This document shows, one piece after another, positions 50,909 through 61,889 of a DNA stretch of 64,000 bases (position 1 is its first letter; every line of letters starts with the position of its first letter). Source of the stretch: Promethearchaeota archaeon (GTDB lineage: Archaea; Asgardarchaeota; Lokiarchaeia; Sigyniarchaeales; SOKP01); contig JAHLWP010000010.1 of assembly GCA_019057865.1 (NCBI GenBank), forward strand, positions 32,001-96,000. The letters run 5' to 3'. The notes beneath the pieces were generated by a model that made no database searches, was not told the origin of the DNA, and saw only the letters and a list, made by a program, of their open reading frames with translations. A program made the position numbers and the translations under genes.

Positions 50909-51164
50909 CATTACTAATGATATTTGTTAAATTATATAAATAAAAAACGAGTGTTTGAATTTTAAAAAAAGAGGAGGGGAACAATTTAATAATTAATCGT
51001 CCTGGTATTGACTTTTTTTATTTAAATGATAATAATAATTGGCTAGGTAAAGAAAAATGTGAGAGTCACTCTCAATAACTAGTTAATAAATGCCTCATCA
51101 TTTAAATAGTCGAAATCTCATGTCTAGGCTAGAGAGAAAAATTATTTTAGAGAGGAAATAAAGG

Positions 51165-51290
51165 ATGTGTAAAGAGTGTAATGACACTGGAAAAATTAGA
51201 ATCTATAGGAATGATTTAGAGGAATTTGAAGAAATACCCTGTGATGCGTGTCATCAAGTTTATCCAGAAAGTATCTCAACTTACCATTAA
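51165..51290 (+). CDS. Small zinc-finger protein (41 aa)
   Basis: MCKECNDTGKIRIYRNDLEEFEEIPCDACHQVYPESISTYH; CxxCxxxG...CxxC, preceded by GAGG. Confidence 0.55.
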   Translation: MCKECNDTGKIRIYRNDLEEFEEIPCDACHQVYPESISTYH

Positions 51291-51464
51291 AATTCCTAAG
51301 TATAAAGCTGTTTTTGAAGTTCTCTTATCCTCACTCGTAAGGTAGCATCTGTAAAACCTATTCGGAAGCAGTAAATATTCTCTTATTATTTTATGAAGAA
51401 AAGAAGAAATCAAATTCTAAATAAATTGACTAAATAAATAAATAGACTAATTAAATTAATGAGC

Positions 51465-52698
51465 CTATATTTCTTCTACTCTTTTGAATTTTTTTATAAT
51501 ATCATCTTTTATACTCTTAGCGGTATTCAATGAATTTAGAACGCTTTCTATTTCAGATATAGATAACCCGTAATACTTAAATACGTAAACATCTACTAAA
51601 TTTTCATAATTTTGAATTATAGTATCCAAATGAATTGGATCTTTAATTCTTAATTGGTATCTAGCATTAAATTTAGCTTTTGCATATTTAACTAAATTAA
51701 AAGATTTTTCCCAAATATTTGGTTTAATTACAGATATAATAGTCTTTGAAAAAATATCATTTAAGCTTTTAACTCTTTTTCTTGAATTTAGTAATTGTAA
51801 CATTTCAAGATATATAATATCTCTAAATTCTGGTAATTTAGTCTCAAAAATCAGTAAAGGTATCTCATCAGCACCTTTAATTCCGTAGAGTTCTAAAGTA
51901 GAATTACCATCTATAATTAATCTATATTGGTTGAATTCAGTAAATAATACTTCTTCTTCACCATCCGGAAAAATATTAATATCTGATATCCATACTTCAT
52001 CAAATTCACCATTCTGAATTTTTATTTTGTCATCAAGAACAAGTTTCTTAAATGTCTTGGTACCATTTCTATATTTCTCAGAAAGTTCAATCCAAATCTG
52101 ATAAAATTCAGTAAACAATTTTTTACTTCTCGATATACTTGAAATAATTCTACCTAATTTAACTTGTTCTTTGTCTGAAGCTATATATATCGGCATTCTA
52201 CCTAAAGGCGTCGCAAAAAATTCCCATATAAGACCTTTTGCTTTTCCTGCTATTTTATACCAAAATGTTAATAATTTAGAATTCAAAATTCCCAAAAGAT
52301 AATTTAAATCAATTTGAAAATTATTCTTAGGAGTAATTGCATACATATCTGAAGTTCCAAAATAACCAATTTCATCTAGCGCAAAACTATTCTCGGGAGC
52401 TCGATATGGACACAAAATTTTTATATTGGAGTTTTCAAACAATTCTATATTCTGAATTCTTTGATATCCATACCAAGGATATTTTTCTTCTTTATCATCA
52501 TAATCATATCTCTCCTTTAATTCATCTTCATATACTTTTAAATAACTCAATACTCCAGAATAGTCGTCAATTTTGAATCGTCCATCCTGTAATGGACCAG
52601 TATATACAAGATATTCATCACTTTTAATTAAATAATATTTCTTAATACCACTATTAGTGATTAATGGTTTTATAAATGGAAATTCTATCTTATGAGAT
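51465..52698 (-). pseudogene. C-terminal half (TaqI-like target-recognition region) of a Type IIG/Eco57I-like R-M enzyme, 5'-truncated
   Basis: FIKPLITNSGIKKY...PWY...KIL.P...F..D...YLLGILNSKL..FWY; the frame runs back to a T11 tract near 52700 and no methyltransferase motifs are present. Confidence 0.75.
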
Positions 52699-53047
52699 TT
52701 TTTTTTTTAAAGTTCTAAGTAGCGTCATTTAAGAAAGTCTAATTTATTTTATTTCAGTTCATTCTATTTTGATCATATTACATTTAAATTAAAAAATGTT
52801 TATTAACTATGGAATAACTATCATTAATCTTAGTTTAATATTCAAATCACTCTTATTTAAAGAAAAAGGATTTTGGAAAAAATAAAAGAATCAGAGGAAA
52901 GAGGGGGAGTTGATATAAAAATTAAGCAATCCATAAATGATTTTGGCTTTAATGGATTAAGAACCCATCAAAAAGTATGTTGTTAGGTTTTATTTGGTTT
53001 TAAATTTGACTTTCGTATATAAAAACAAAGATACAAAGAGTTATAAT

Positions 53048-53101
53048 GTATTACGTTAATTTTTAAGGGAATATTTCGTATTACGGTATTTTTGAGGGAA
53101 T
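53048..53101 (+). repeat. Imperfect tandem direct repeat (about 25 bp, 30-bp period) upstream of the ABC operon
   Basis: gtattacgttaatttttaagggaat and gtattacggtatttttgagggaat. Confidence 0.55.
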
Positions 53102-53272
53102 TTAAGAAGTTTCCCTACTTATTTTGGATTTTTAACCACGGAAAATATTTTTTTAAAATAATAGGTCTATTTTAATAAATTTGTGTGGAAAATAGAAAAG
53201 ATTTAAATAATTTTTTAAGATATTTTTATATAGAGTAAAATTTGGATTAAATACATTTCAAAAGGTTAATAA

Positions 53273-54208
53273 ATGTCTCAAAGTTTAAGTCCTTTAATTA
53301 GTATTCAAGGATTAACAAAAAAATATAATAAATTAGTTGCTGTTGATAATCTATATCTTGATATCCATGAATCTTGCTTTGCACTACTAGGTTCTAATGG
53401 TGCAGGAAAGACAACAATAATGTTAATGTTGCTAGGATTAGTTAAACCTACCAATGGAACTGCTTTTATTTTAGGAAAAAAGATATCCAAAAATCTAACT
53501 AATACTTATAAAATTGGTTTTTTACCCGAGAATGTAGGATTTTATCCAAATTCAACAGGTCGAGAACATATCGAGTTATTATTTGGTCTTCGGAATAATA
53601 TGAAAGATAGAAGAAAAAATGCAGAATTACTTTTAAAATGGTGTGGGTTAAAAAAGGAATTTTGGGCCAAGAAAGTTTCTACATATTCCAAAGGAATGCG
53701 CCAACGTTTAGGAATAGCACAAGCATTTGCTGGAGATCCTAAAATCGTAATTTTAGACGAACCATTATCCAATATTGACCCCTTGGGCAGAGATGAATTA
53801 ATTAAGAAAATTCAAGAAAAAATTAAAGAAGGAATAATTATTCTTATTTCAAGCCATATAGTCTCTGAGATAGAACAAATTTCAGATTCAGTTGCCATTA
53901 TTGATAATGGGAAAATAAAAGCATCAGGTAACATTTTTGCTTTAGCACAATCTTATGGATTCAATGAATATGAAATAAATATTATAAATAAAAATTCAAG
54001 AATATCCTTGAATGAGCTTAATGAAATTCTTTTTTCTGAAAAAGACCTTTTTATGGAAAAACCGAAAGTTTTAAGCGAAAAAATCATTTTTAGAAGTGAT
54101 AATCCTAATGAAATTAAAAATAATTTGAAGAAATATGAGGATTTTGAGATTAAACCTTTATATGGAACTTTAGGGAAGATTTATAAAAAAGTAATAAAAA
54201 AAAAATGA
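53273..54208 (+). CDS. ABC-2 type transporter ATP-binding protein
   Basis: GSNGAGKTT, YSKGMRQRLGIA, ILDEP, SSH. Confidence 0.93.
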   Translation: MSQSLSPLISIQGLTKKYNKLVAVDNLYLDIHESCFALLGSNGAGKTTIMLMLLGLVKPTNGTAFILGKKISKNLTNTYKIGFLPENVGFYPNSTGREHIELLFGLRNNMKDRRKNAELLLKWCGLKKEFWAKKVSTYSKGMRQRLGIAQAFAGDPKIVILDEPLSNIDPLGRDELIKKIQEKIKEGIIILISSHIVSEIEQISDSVAIIDNGKIKASGNIFALAQSYGFNEYEINIINKNSRISLNELNEILFSEKDLFMEKPKVLSEKIIFRSDNPNEIKNNLKKYEDFEIKPLYGTLGKIYKKVIKKK

Positions 54209-54223
54209 AAAAGGTGTAAATCA

Positions 54224-55003
54224 ATTAAACCTTATTTTTATTCAGAAAGAATCTTAATTTCATTTTATCTTAAAAAATATTTTAAAAGTTTTCGCACTAT
54301 TTTATGCTTTCTTTTAATTTTAATTCCCGTTGTATATAGTTTTTATCATATACAAACTCTTAAAAAATCTTCAGTTGAGTTCAATCAGACATATATAGAT
54401 ACTTCAATTTTTTTACCTGGATTGATATTAAATTTTATTTTATTTATAGGAATATTTACTATTATTACTTCATGTGATATTATTTCATATGATTTCTCCC
54501 ATAACATGGCAATGATTCTGTATTCGACAATTTCTCGGAAAAACATTTTAATATCGAAATTGGTATCTGTAATATTGTATTTAGTTTTTCTTGAATTGAT
54601 TACTTTTCTCTCTTTTGATATTTTATTATCAATTACATTACTTTCTTCAGTATCCACAAGTGTATTCTTTATAGGGTTTTTCTTAATTTTCTTTTATATT
54701 CTTTTTGTATTCTCATTAACCTTCTTTTTTTCAACCATAACGCGAAATACGGTTTATGCATTTGTGATACCTTTATTTTATCTTTATTCCGAACCATTAC
54801 TAGTTATTTTTGACTTGAAAATTCTCTCATACACTGAACAAGTAACCATAATTGCTCGTTTTATTCAAAACATTATTATTAATGGAAATGTAGTAATTAA
54901 TTATAACGAATTAACTATTAGTCTTATTATTTTTTTCGGTCTCCCTTTAATCTTTTTTCTTATTAGTTTTTATATATTTAAACAATTAGATATTCGTACA
55001 TAA
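54224..55003 (+). CDS. ABC-2 type permease; true start uncertain (frame open from 54209)
   Basis: Six-TM pattern, ISRKNILISKL; frame is open with a hydrophobic helix for about 70 codons upstream of TTG 54422 with no ATG/GTG/TTG. Confidence 0.7.
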   Translation: MKPYFYSERILISFYLKKYFKSFRTILCFLLILIPVVYSFYHIQTLKKSSVEFNQTYIDTSIFLPGLILNFILFIGIFTIITSCDIISYDFSHNMAMILYSTISRKNILISKLVSVILYLVFLELITFLSFDILLSITLLSSVSTSVFFIGFFLIFFYILFVFSLTFFFSTITRNTVYAFVIPLFYLYSEPLLVIFDLKILSYTEQVTIIARFIQNIIINGNVVINYNELTISLIIFFGLPLIFFLISFYIFKQLDIRT

Positions 55004-55161
55004 TTATTGGTGATAAGAATTTTCATTAAATTAAAATAACAATATTTGGTTGGGAGAGAAAAATTCAAACTAAGGAGAAGATTATTTTACCTTTTATTGT
55101 TCTTTTTTCAAAAATAAGTGCTGTTGTAATATTTATTCCGTTTCCAAAGACCGAGGTAATA

Positions 55162-55572
55162 ATGAGATTGGGGGATTATGATTTTCTTAAAGGAGTTACT
55201 CACTTTGGACATCTAAAATATCCTTGGCGATCATACAAACAAGTAATATTTATTAATCTAACAGCAAGAGAGGGCGTTTTTTCTCTATTAATTCTTGATC
55301 AAAATGCTTTTATAAATTGGAGTAATAATCTCTCTTTCCAACCATATTTTGAAACTGGAAATATTACAGAAATAGACGAAAAAATAACGATAAAACCCCC
55401 TAATCATGATAGAATAACTATAATAATTATCGCTGAAGAATATTTAGCAATTTCTGGAATGATAATAACAAAATATTTAGATTACTACACAAATTATGGC
55501 TTTTTCTCTCTTGTAATTGTAGCTGTCCTTATATTTTATTATTTATATGAAAAATATAGAAAAGGATTATGA
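55162..55572 (+). CDS. Membrane-anchored hypothetical protein
   Basis: C-terminal TM plus basic tail; frame open upstream to 55030, including a hydrophobic segment. Confidence 0.6.
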   Translation: MRLGDYDFLKGVTHFGHLKYPWRSYKQVIFINLTAREGVFSLLILDQNAFINWSNNLSFQPYFETGNITEIDEKITIKPPNHDRITIIIIAEEYLAISGMIITKYLDYYTNYGFFSLVIVAVLIFYYLYEKYRKGL

Positions 55573-55961
55573 TTTTGTATAGTACGAAAGTAACAACTAA
55601 TATTTAATTTTTTATAACTTAAAAGAACTTAATTTTTAGAAATTTTTTTTTAGTTTAGGACAAATTATTAAAATGGTTGAAAATATATCGAAGAAAAATT
55701 CTGTATCTTGATAAATACAGAAGAGTTTATAGGAGCAGAATGTGTAAAAGAAATTAATAATTTCAAAGAAGAACAATGACTTAACATCTTTTTTTATTTT
55801 TAGAGAAGAATGTAAAGATGCAACAGTAAAGAGAAAAATTTTATAAATTATAATTTCTTAATTACTTTTACAGAAATGTATTCTTAATTCAATTTTCTTT
55901 AATCAAAAAAATTTTTAAGTAGAAATCTACAAATACAAAAATTAAGAGAATTTTTGTTAAG

Positions 55962-57047
55962 GTGATAAAAATGAAAAAGATTAAAAACTTTAAATTGCTT
56001 TCGATTGGATTTTTATCTTTATTTATCTTAATTTTCCTAATACCCATTGTTCATGCTGATGACGTTACGTTATTGGTTGAGGAATCTGAATCCAATTACT
56101 ATCTTCATAGTACTCTGACTGTATGGAAAAGAGAAGATGCTGATCCTAATAAAGATTATTACGCGGTTAAACTTACTGTTGCTGAACATTACGCACAAAA
56201 TAATATTTTTATCGAAATAATGAGAATGGGTGCAGGTCTTAATGTGTATCACCCCGCTGTTGGTGGTGGTATAATTAATCGAGCCGAACGTAAACCTAGT
56301 GCTGGAATTCATCTTGGAGGAACGATTTATATAGGATTTGGGGGGATTACTATTGCCTGTGGGCTACCCACAGGAGTGGTAACTTTGGCAACAGACACAA
56401 ATACTGAACAACATTGGGCTGTATCTAGCTGCCTTGCAATTAATTGTTTGGATTTTGTAATCAAGGTCTCTACACCTGAAGGACAAGGACTCTACATATC
56501 TAGTTGGTGTGGGGCTCACTGGTTCACTTTCACGGGCCTTGGTTATTGGCTTCCAGATAGAGAAGGTTATGGTCCTAGTCACTATATATATGTTGGACCC
56601 GAGAGGGACGGAGGTGGTTGTCCAATTCTTTCTGTATATAATGGAACAGATTATATAGAAGAAGGATTGCTAAATATTCATAGTCCATCTTTTGATATTA
56701 AAAATGAACATACCTTAATCATGAAACCTGAAGCGGTAGACAATCGATATCTCCTTAGACTTACTGAACACTACAAAACCATCTCACATATAGATAATGT
56801 AAAGCTATTTGGGAGGTTATCGAATGGTGTATTGATTCCATTACAATTAACATCAGCATTCCATTCTGCAATTGGTAATGTCATTGATACTTTATGGCTT
56901 AGTGATGACAACCGAGTGGACGTTTTAGGTGCGGATCATAATGATGGCATATCTGAGTTTATTGATTTAGAATTTAATGCCCACAATGGTCAGAGTTTCA
57001 TAGAATTCTTATTTGTGATTGAAGGCTATAATGCGTTCGTAAAATAA
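55962..57047 (+). CDS. Secreted/surface protein
   Basis: Signal peptide (KKIKNFK..hydrophobic..VHA); beta-rich body; C-terminal module starting GGGCPILSVYNG. Confidence 0.75.
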   Translation: MIKMKKIKNFKLLSIGFLSLFILIFLIPIVHADDVTLLVEESESNYYLHSTLTVWKREDADPNKDYYAVKLTVAEHYAQNNIFIEIMRMGAGLNVYHPAVGGGIINRAERKPSAGIHLGGTIYIGFGGITIACGLPTGVVTLATDTNTEQHWAVSSCLAINCLDFVIKVSTPEGQGLYISSWCGAHWFTFTGLGYWLPDREGYGPSHYIYVGPERDGGGCPILSVYNGTDYIEEGLLNIHSPSFDIKNEHTLIMKPEAVDNRYLLRLTEHYKTISHIDNVKLFGRLSNGVLIPLQLTSAFHSAIGNVIDTLWLSDDNRVDVLGADHNDGISEFIDLEFNAHNGQSFIEFLFVIEGYNAFVK

Positions 57048-57222
57048 TAGTCAAAATATTTATTCATAAATTAATTTTTTTTTTTTTCTTAAAATATACT
57101 ATTTCATATGTTATATTTTTAAATTTTTTTGAAAGAAATTCTTAGTTTTCTTTACATTTTTTCCAAAGAACTGTGAACCAAATGAGTCTATAAATCTTCA
57201 AATAACGGCAAATCAATCACCA

Positions 57223-57519
57223 GTGGAAAATGCTACTATAACTGTTATGAAAGATGGAGATCTTTTATGGAAAGGAAATACATCAGAAACTGGAGAGATT
57301 GAAGTACCTTATAAGCAAGAGCAAATAGATGGAATGATCTTAACTGCAAGTAAAAACGGTTATATACCTTTTCAAACTCTACAAGATATCCCTTATGAGG
57401 ATTCTAAGCTGATCACTGGATATGACATGGTTATAACTTATATCATTCTTCTTGGTTTTATAAGCATATCTGTTGTTTACATTAAAAAATTTAAAGGACA
57501 AAATAAGAAAGTTAATTAA
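57223..57519 (+). pseudogene. C-terminal remnant of a surface protein with Loki-CTERM-like sorting tail
   Basis: Ig-like ITVMKDG...LTASKNGYIP, then ITGYD + TM helix + KKFK; no signal peptide. Confidence 0.5.
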
Positions 57520-57555
57520 GCCTCTTTAATCTAAATACATTCTTTTTTTACTTTT

Positions 57556-57861
57556 TTATGATTTAAGGGTTTCTTTCAATTTTTCTAAACTTTTTTGGAA
57601 TTTTTCAATTTCAGCCTTATTTAAAGTATTATCATTGATTTTTTTAACTAGATTAATAAAATCTTTCACCAAGGGATGTTCAAGGACTACACAAGTTTGG
57701 TTTAAGGTATTAACATCTAATATTAGACCTGAATCTATAATCTCACCAATACCTAATATATCTTTGAATAGTAATTCATTATTCTCTGTATATGATAATA
57801 CCACAATATCCTCTAATATTTGGGAACCATCGTTTTGTTTTATAATCTTAAATTCGCACAA
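57556..57861 (-). CDS. CooT-family nickel-binding protein
   Basis: MCEF N-terminus, ILEDIV, L.F.DILG; divergent from cdhB-cdhC. Confidence 0.7.
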   Translation of the reverse strand: MCEFKIIKQNDGSQILEDIVVLSYTENNELLFKDILGIGEIIDSGLILDVNTLNQTCVVLEHPLVKDFINLVKKINDNTLNKAEIEKFQKSLEKLKETLKS

Positions 57862-58015
57862 CTTAAATTTTTCACTTCTTTTATATTTAATTCATCTTAC
57901 TTTTTAGTTTAATTTAATAAAAACAATTTTTTTAAATTGTCTTTAATAAATCTAAGTATAGCAATTATTTTAAAAGTTATAACTTAAACTAAAACCAGAG
58001 AAAATTGATGGAAAA

Positions 58016-58546
58016 ATGGCAAGACCTTATCAAAAAGCGAATATTCCCGGTCCAGAGATGGGCACGTCTGTCTATGATCCGAAAGTAATGGCGAATATTC
58101 TAAAAGCACAGAAAAAGAAGGTTTTTGTTATCGGCTCAGAATCTCTAAACTGGGAGCTAGATGGTAAAAAAGTCGCTGATTATTTCATAGATATTGCAAA
58201 AAAGCTAGATTGTCATGTTATATCAACAGGTCATACTTATGGATATCTAAAGGAATTTTATCCTTTAGATAAATTATGGGATATGTCTCTAATTAATGTT
58301 ACTGGAAGACTAGTGGATAAAGAGTGGAAAGGATTAGATGGAAAAGGACAATATGAAATGGCTATTTTTGGTGGACATCTCGTATATTATGTTTCACAAA
58401 CAATGAGTCGAATAAAAAACTTTTCAAATTGGGTAAGAACAGTTGATTTAGACCGATATTCACATCCTAACGCTAGATTTAGCTTACCAAATTTAAGTGA
58501 CAATGATTGGAAAGCCTTTTTAGAAAAATTAATTGAAAATTTATAA
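58016..58546 (+). CDS. cdhB: ACDS/CODH complex subunit epsilon
   Basis: PYQ.ANIPGP, W.GLDG.GQY, YYVSQ, HPNA.FS.PN; upstream of cdhC. Confidence 0.9.
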   Translation: MARPYQKANIPGPEMGTSVYDPKVMANILKAQKKKVFVIGSESLNWELDGKKVADYFIDIAKKLDCHVISTGHTYGYLKEFYPLDKLWDMSLINVTGRLVDKEWKGLDGKGQYEMAIFGGHLVYYVSQTMSRIKNFSNWVRTVDLDRYSHPNARFSLPNLSDNDWKAFLEKLIENL

Positions 58547-58585
58547 TTATTAAAAATACAAAAAAAATTAGAGGAGAATTATTAA

Positions 58586-60016
58586 ATGAGTTTTTCAGAT
58601 ATGCCCGTTGATGTAGGTCCTGTATATGAAGGTGAGCGCATCAGGGGTAATCAAATGTATGTAGAGCTCGGCGGACCTAAGATTAAAAAGCATTTTGAAC
58701 TCGTGAGGGTTAAATCAGCCAAGGAAATTAAGGATGGTGATGTTAGACTAATTGGTCCAGATTTGACCGACATGGAAGAGGGAGAAAGGTACCCTATTGG
58801 AATTTTAGTGGAAGTTGCTGGACCTGAATTAGAAGAAGATTTAGAAGCAGTATTTGAAAGGAGAGTCCATGAATTTTGTAATTTTGTAAATGGAATAATG
58901 CATTTAAATCAACGGTATACAAACTGGATGCGAATTTCTAAGTCTGCTTTCGCAAAAGGGTTAAATAATTTTGAGATGTTAGGGACAATCCTGATTAGGC
59001 TCTATAAAGCAGAATTATCAATTATTAAACAAGCACAAGTGACATTTTATACAGATGCTAAAGAAATTGAAAAGCCTTATGAAATGGCAATGCAAATATA
59101 TGAAAAGAGAGATGAAAGAGCCAGAACAATTCATGATGAGGATGTAGATATGTTTTATGGGTGTGTTTTATGCCAGTCTTTTGCACCAACCCACGCTTGT
59201 TGTATAACACCAGACAGAACTTCTCTTTGTGGTTCAATCAATTGGTTTGATGCCCGAGCAGCAGCTAAAGTCGACCCGAAGGGTCCTCTGTTCGAGGTAC
59301 CTCCAGGCGAGTGTCTAAATGAGGAAGCTGGAGAATTTACAGGTGTTAACCAAATGATTAAGAAACGGTCACTCGGAGAAATTGAGAGAATTTACTTATA
59401 TTCGGGCATGGAATTTCCACATACATCATGTGGCTGTTTTGAAGCGATTGATTTTTATATCCCTGAAGTAAATGGTCATGGAATAGTTGATAGAAATTTC
59501 GATGGAGTCGCTATCAATGGTTTGCCCTTCTCAGCTATGGCAAATCAGACTGGTGGGGGTAAGCAGATGCCCGGTTTTAATGGTGTGAGTATCCAATACA
59601 TTGTATCACCAAAATACCAATCTTATGACGGACTACAAATGGGCCTTGATGGAGGCATTTATACAATCGTATGGATGCCGAAAGCAGTAAAAGATCGAGT
59701 TGGTGAGTTCCTCCCTGAAGACCTTGTTAACAAAATTGCTACAGAAGAAGAGGTTCAAGATCTTAACAAACTAAAAGATTGGTTGAAAGAAAACAATCAT
59801 CCTGTTGTTGAGACTTGGGCTGAATTAGAAGCTATGGAAGAAGAGGAAGAAGAGGAATGGGAGGAAGCAGGTGCTATGGTCCCAATGGGTACAGTTGGAA
59901 TGACAATTCCTGGAATTGGTGGAGCAGGAGGTTTTAAAGTCATCTTAAAGAATTGTAAAATTCATGCTGAATCAATTATCATCAAGAAGATTGAACCTAA
60001 AAGAAGAAAAAAATAG
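58586..60016 (+). CDS. cdhC: ACDS complex subunit beta (acetyl-CoA synthase)
   Basis: PVDVGPVYEGERIR, CVLCQSFAPTH, LCGSI, PHTSCGCFE, GGGKQ.PGF. Confidence 0.96.
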   Translation: MSFSDMPVDVGPVYEGERIRGNQMYVELGGPKIKKHFELVRVKSAKEIKDGDVRLIGPDLTDMEEGERYPIGILVEVAGPELEEDLEAVFERRVHEFCNFVNGIMHLNQRYTNWMRISKSAFAKGLNNFEMLGTILIRLYKAELSIIKQAQVTFYTDAKEIEKPYEMAMQIYEKRDERARTIHDEDVDMFYGCVLCQSFAPTHACCITPDRTSLCGSINWFDARAAAKVDPKGPLFEVPPGECLNEEAGEFTGVNQMIKKRSLGEIERIYLYSGMEFPHTSCGCFEAIDFYIPEVNGHGIVDRNFDGVAINGLPFSAMANQTGGGKQMPGFNGVSIQYIVSPKYQSYDGLQMGLDGGIYTIVWMPKAVKDRVGEFLPEDLVNKIATEEEVQDLNKLKDWLKENNHPVVETWAELEAMEEEEEEEWEEAGAMVPMGTVGMTIPGIGGAGGFKVILKNCKIHAESIIIKKIEPKRRKK

Positions 60017-60532
60017 ATTATTATTTTTTTTGCTTTTTATTTTTATTTTTATTGTTTAAACTATTTCTATATGAAGACAATTAAAAACTTTTGAGCTCAT
60101 TTCTAAAAACAAAGGAAGAAATAAATATTAAAATATTTTTTATTAAATTTTTTTACTAAAAAGTTAGTTCCTATATATTAATCCAATAATCCTAAAACTT
60201 TAAGATTCTTTAACTTCGATTTTTTCTGGAAACCTGTAAGTAGATATGTCATCAATGAGTTCTTTATTCTCATTTTTGGGAAGCTGAGTTAAATGTCCTT
60301 CGGCTATAAGTAGTGGCATTTGGTCTTTATTCAAGCGATTTAATAGACCGGTATTCTCAGTTATCATCATAATATGATCCAGAGACAACAAAAAATTTCT
60401 AAGTAATTCCATATATCAAAAATCAATAGAGTAAATAGAGTTAGTGATCATAAAAGTATAAAAATTTATAAATTAAATTTACTAATAAAATTAAGAGGAT
60501 AATTTTTCTTTAGAATCAAATAGGGTGGAAAA

Positions 60533-61039
60533 ATGCTTAAAAGGTCAATGAATTCAGCTATTATAGGTATTTTGTTTCTATTATTTTCACTAGTCTTGCA
60601 AATTATAGAGAAAAAAAAAACATTAGCTCTATTCTTAGGAATAATAGCTCTTTTTTCAATCATTTTTGGCCTTTCTCTTGACTATAGAGATTTATTTTTT
60701 ACTGTGAAAGAATTCAGATTAGGGAGAGCTGAGGAATATGAGGTTAATGCGGTTGGTCCGTATCTTTCAGGCATAATCTTACTTTCTATCAGTCTCTTTG
60801 ATTTTCGCTTTATTTTGAACTTACATAATCTTTTTGATATGATTATCTTTATAACCTGGATTTTAAGTATTATCGCCTTAATTGGTGCTATAATATTTTG
60901 GAAGTTGCAGACGAGTCTAGGAAAGAGTCCAAGAAAAAGGAAAAAAGACACCTGTCCCAAATGTGGAGTAAAAGTACAGCCTGGATATAATATCTGTTCT
61001 CATTGTGGAGAAAGAATTTCATATGAAGAAGAAAATTAA
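60533..61039 (+). CDS. Membrane protein with C-terminal zinc ribbon
   Basis: Four TM segments; CPKCG...CSHCG. Confidence 0.75.
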   Translation: MLKRSMNSAIIGILFLLFSLVLQIIEKKKTLALFLGIIALFSIIFGLSLDYRDLFFTVKEFRLGRAEEYEVNAVGPYLSGIILLSISLFDFRFILNLHNLFDMIIFITWILSIIALIGAIIFWKLQTSLGKSPRKRKKDTCPKCGVKVQPGYNICSHCGERISYEEEN

Positions 61040-61523
61040 ACAGAATTATTATTTTTAATGGGATCTTTATTTAGCTATTTTTACTTTTTGATGGTTCCAT
61101 GAAGGCTGACATTAGGGTCCTTTTTAAGCTCTTCAATTCGTTTTACATTTGTTTCTTGGCACTCATTTATAATTTTATCCATCCTTTTTTGATTTAAGTA
61201 TCTTTTAGCTCATCATCGTTAAAGTCCATGACTTCAGGATCTTTCTATTGAAATATGGATTCCCTATTTTCTTCTACTTCTTCAAGAATACCAATTTCTA
61301 AAAAGTAATCAAACATTTTCTTTATTTCTATCCTGATTTTAATTTTATATTTTCCTTTTCATTCTCTTCTTGAAAGAATAATAGGAAGGAATTCCTTCCT
61401 TATTTTTTTTTAGAAAATATTTAAACATATCTGAATTTTCTTACAATTGGCTATATATCTAGGTGATATTTATATTTGACTAGATGAACTCGCTTTTTAT
61501 CTTTTTGTCTTTTCTTCCATTTA

Positions 61524-61889
61524 TTAAAGCTTATTACCACAATCAGGGCAATATTCTAAATTTTTATCTACTATAGGGTTTGAACATTCTGAACACCTTT
61601 TATAGATCTTTATCTTTCCATATGATACTCCTCTCCGGTCAGCTGTGGATTTAGAATAATATTTTAAAATCGTGCCAATTATCCCTAAAGATAACATGAT
61701 AATCCCTGCTATGGTATAGGTTGATGCACCCGCACCCCATGGACCAATGATAACAACAACTATTAAACAAGAGATCCCCATTCCTATTAGACACCCAGTA
61801 AAAGAACGATAGTAAACCATAATCCGCACCCTAATTAATTTTATAAATATTTTTATTTTTTCAGTTGTACTATTATCTAAAATTATCAA
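61524..61889 (-). CDS. Membrane protein with C-terminal zinc ribbon (start probably ATG 61820)
   Basis: Two TM segments; CSECS...YCPDCG. Confidence 0.7.
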   Translation of the reverse strand: MIILDNSTTEKIKIFIKLIRVRIMVYYRSFTGCLIGMGISCLIVVVIIGPWGAGASTYTIAGIIMLSLGIIGTILKYYSKSTADRRGVSYGKIKIYKRCSECSNPIVDKNLEYCPDCGNKL

